Below are positions 60,640 to 64,000 of a DNA stretch of 64,000 nt, piece after piece. This DNA is from Selaginella moellendorffii (Eukaryota > Plantae > Lycopodiophyta), in contig NW_003314273.1 in assembly GCF_000143415.4 (NCBI RefSeq), forward strand, positions 2,728,719 through 2,792,718, read 5' to 3'. Both the position numbers and the translations under genes were made by a program. The notes below the pieces were generated by a model, which saw only the letters and a program-made list of their open reading frames with translations, was not told the DNA's origin and did no database searches. Position 1 is the stretch's first letter, and every line of letters starts with the position of its first letter.

Positions 60640-61632
60640 ATTGATGAACAAACATATTCGAGAACATTGGAGTTGTCAAACATTCTCTTTGCAAAAAGCA
60701 CACGTCCATTTCGGGCAAGAGCACAATCTACGCTGTGATCGGCATTGTTTCGAACGCTTCGTCCAACTTCTGGTAGTTAACATACCCTGTCAGCATGGCG
60801 GTCCACGTAACCTCGTCTCGTCATTCATCAAAGAGATTCTTTAGATGTTGCCGGACTAAATGATCGCCTTGATCAGGCAGACCTAAATATATGGCTTCGG
60901 CGTCATGAGTCCGTTCTTGAGAATACAAGCGCAGCATAAACGCTGCATGCTGTAAAAATTCTGCTCAGCCTCGACTGTCGTCGTGATCTGCGTGAAGCAG
61001 CCACTCTCCGCCAAGATGACAAGCAAAGCAGTGGACGCAACCAAATCCTTATGAGGGTGGCCAACGCACTGAATGGGCGTGAAAGACAGAGGAGCAAACT
61101 CTGGCATGTTGGAAAAGATGTTCTTCGCCTCCTGAAAATGCCCAGCTTGGGCAGTTGCTGCTAGATGAGAGTTCCAAGAAACAAGATCTCTCGGCATAAA
61201 CAGACCTTAATTGGCATATGTCGGTGGTCTTTGATAGAATTTTGGTCTAAGAGATTAGCTCCTTTCTGGCATAAGCTCAAAGATACATTGCTTTATCCAA
61301 ATGCCCGTTTGTGTCATACTATCATTGCATTCATCTCATAGAATCAAAAACAGGAGTAAGCCATGCCGAGAGAAGGCATGTTCGACCATGAAGCAAGGTT
61401 CCATTCGATCAAACAACTGCTTTGCTTGGTCAAGATAGCTGTTTGATGCGGCATGGCATTCCATTCCTCGATCTAGATGGCATCCACACCTCCGATACAT
61501 TTGCACCAGAAAATTGGATGCCAAACAATCTCCTGCCGCAAGGAGGTGCTTGATGTCATTGTGAAGCTTACAAGCTGCAGATAGATTGCTACACTTTTTT
61601 ATTCCATCCAATAAAACCTCTTGACCATACAT
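60640..61632 (-). pseudogene. PPR pseudogene (duplicate of 56090-57123)
   Basis: MYGQEVLLDGIKKCSNLS, PRDLVSWNSHL..AQAGHFQEAK with deletions. Confidence 0.87.
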
Positions 61633-61654
61633 TGCTCTCTATGAGAAAAAAAGC

Positions 61655-62030
61655 ATATCTGTTGATGCAATCTTGGCTAGTGTTGCAACAATCATCGATT
61701 CGGAGATTAGTGTCTTGACCTACACCACCATCGTCTTTGCAGCTTTGGGATTTCCATTTGTAAAATTCAAACATGCATGGCTGTAAAACTATGCGATCGC
61801 GATCGGTACAGATTCTTCACACCGTGATGTCACACCTGTACAAAAGCTTTGCCAGTGGGAATCGCATATTATGTTTGCTAGTACTGAATTTACATTAATT
61901 TTTTGCCAGCATCTAAGAATCTAGTCCCGCCACTCTTCAAAACTAAGAAATTTCAGACTTTCCAGGGGCACACTGTTCTACACAAAGCGAAATCCCTCAG
62001 AAATGATCCAAGCTACAACCAATTCTGAAA
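61655..62030 (-). pseudogene. Degenerate CVNH with inserted foreign segment
   Basis: QCAPGKSEIS, LKSGGTRFLD, SCKDDGGVGQDTNLRIDDC. Confidence 0.75.
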
Positions 62031-62449
62031 ATTTGGTTTAGAGGTAATCTCAATCCAGAGATAAAACCAGCATAGAGCAGAATTTCACAACTGATGCTGA
62101 TCACTCTCAATCAAATCCTCGAGAAGTTTGATTGGGAAAAATCCAATCAAGACGCTTTTCAATTTCTAGAAAAAACTGGCGCGTCAAGGGGCTGGAATCT
62201 CGCCACGTACGCGCAAAAAGACACGTGGCTTGCATAGATTCGCCGCCACTAGCGTGTGCTCTTGACCACGCCTGGCTCCACGCTTTCGATTGACGCAATA
62301 AAAGTACCATTCCTCGTTTGGTGGCACACCTCCCATCTCCGCTCCCTCCAATTCGATCGATCGATCGATCAATCCGGTAGCCAGTAGCGCTAGCATCCAG
62401 ATCCTCTCCTCCAATTCGCGTCAATTCTATGCTATAGATTACAGGATCT

Positions 62450-62749
62450 ATGGCTTACTTCAAATCTATGGCAACTATGGCGGCTGCCACGGCCACTGCA
62501 GCGATCTACGAGGCTCGAGTCCATCACTTCCATCACGACTCGCCTTCCTCCTCCGCGAATTCACCAGATCACGAGCAATTCCACCAGGATCCCTCGTCAG
62601 GAGCGCACAGCCAAGGGGCAAGCAGCAAGATCCAAGCTCACGATCACAAGAACCAAGGGGGAGGAGTGATGGGCAGTGGTTGTATCCCACAGCATCAAGA
62701 CCCAAGGCTCCATTTCTTCGATACTCTCATCCCTGGCACTAGATACTAG
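62450..62749 (+). CDS. Small hypothetical His/Ser-rich protein, 99 aa
   Basis: Clean GC-richer ORF with good ATG context downstream of a G-box-containing region (CACGTGG at 62222); no family recognised. Confidence 0.45.
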   Translation: MAYFKSMATMAAATATAAIYEARVHHFHHDSPSSSANSPDHEQFHQDPSSGAHSQGASSKIQAHDHKNQGGGVMGSGCIPQHQDPRLHFFDTLIPGTRY

Positions 62750-62912
62750 CGATAGAAACGAAAAGGCTCCCATTCATCGATGATTCTTCCAATTGTCAAT
62801 AAATTCCATGACCTCTCATACTAAAAGAACTCCATTAGATTGATCAAATGGTTCTTTAGTTCTTCCCAGTCGATGATAGTTTACACCCAAAAAGTTTCTT
62901 CTACGATCATCT

Positions 62913-63640
62913 CTATGATCGCCTAAACGCGTTCTTGTCCGTGAACTTCTCGCGGTAGTGCGATCGCCGATGCAAAGTATCCCCGACCGAGGCACTGCCT
63001 CCATTCTCGGTGCCATAGACACTCCTGTTCGTCTCGTCCAGGAAGTTCTTCCCCGACTTGATCGAGTCCTTCTCCTCCTGGACAGCGTCGCTCGCCGAGG
63101 CGCGTTTGATCCGCTGCCATCGCTGCTCCTCGTGGAGCTCCGCGTCCTGCTGCATCTCTCCTCCTCGCTCAGCTGGACTTTCTTCCTCGGCAGCGGTGGC
63201 TTGCCGGAGTCGCGGTTTTCCTCCCTGTCCCTGTGCCTGTCTTCGTGCCTGCGATGCCGATCATCCACGTCTGGGCTATCGTGTCTCTCCCGCTTTCTAC
63301 TTCTCGTATCATCGTCCTCGCGAACTTGGTTGCTTCTGTACCTGTCTTGCTCGTCTCTCTCGGGAATTCTTTTGCTGCGATCTTCTCGATCATCCCGTGA
63401 AGAAGCACCTATTTTGTTTCTATGCCTGTCTTCCCCGTCGCTGCCCTCGGCAGATCTTTTCCTCCTGCTATACCTGTCATCCTCATCGGAAGCTCCTTTG
63501 TTTCCATCGTCATCCTCCTCGGCAGCTCTTCTGCTTCGATCAGCTCTCTTTGCTTCTGGCTCGCCAGCTTCACCGTTCTCTTTCATTTTCTTCTTCAGTG
63601 CCTTCCTTTTCTGCTTCTCCTTGGCTTATGGATTCATGGC
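62913..63640 (-). pseudogene. C-terminal part of CWC25-like splicing factor, frameshifted
   Basis: R/D-rich region, QLSEEER, then in another frame MQQDAELHEEQRW..NFLDETNRSVYGTENGGSASV..RRSHY, as in plant CWC25 C-termini; linker is deleted. Confidence 0.6.
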
Positions 63641-64000
63641 TTCTGCTGCTGCTAGATCGTTGATCGCTTCGTGAGAAATTAGTTATCTTCCTCTCAAGAT
63701 CGATCAAACTAAAGCTTTTTCACTGCAGATTGGAGAGAACGAGATTCTTTTTGCGGCACTCGTATCTCAAGACGCCGGCACTGATGGGTATGATCGCATT
63801 GTCGATCCAAGCGGGGGTTCCTCTCTCGTTTGGAATTTTCAAGCAAAGCCTCGGTGGATGTGGCGAGCCTGGAGAGGAGAGAGAGAATTGTTGGCAGGCA
63901 ACACACAACATCTTCTTGGTGTTACAAGCTGGTGGCTTCAGAAAAGTGCCCTGGAGCAGCTGGGGACAAGCCGGACGAGCTTGAGAGCAGGCAAGAAAAA

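Noticed and set aside
13727-62050. One giant palindrome explaining all inverted paralogs
   Set aside because: NPF, LURP and CCD inverted pairs have different symmetry centres (~31.4, ~34.7, ~47.2 kb), so several events are needed.
63140-63170. Programmed frameshift or intron in CWC25-like gene
   Set aside because: No slippery site or GT-AG intron; conserved linker residues are missing, consistent with a deletion.

Overview
Gene-dense land-plant nuclear DNA with very short introns, many PLS-type PPR genes and cyanovirin-N homologues; the style fits a lycophyte such as Selaginella (inference). The left part (1-21 kb) is ordinary: a decayed LINE, a RING-H2 E3 ligase, a TGA bZIP factor head-to-head with urease, an NPF/PTR transporter, SCAMP flanked by tRNA-iMet and tRNA-Pro, an LTP-like protein and a rhodanese. 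The right part (21-62 kb) is a heavily rearranged birth-and-death cluster built from a few recurring modules: PLS/E-type PPR genes, cyanovirin-N-homologue (CVNH) lectin genes, intronless NCED/CCD4-like carotenoid oxygenases with an unusual FDGHGM motif, LURP-one-like genes, RHL1 and tRNA-Ala, with direct and inverted segmental duplications, templated insertions and microhomology deletions. The most striking arrangement is a secreted CVNH ORF ending 27 bp before a PPR start codon, apparently inside a 5' intron of the PPR gene, with the splice acceptor kept in four copies. Family calls come from motif recognition by eye; no searches were run, and boundaries of pseudogenes and repeats are approximate.
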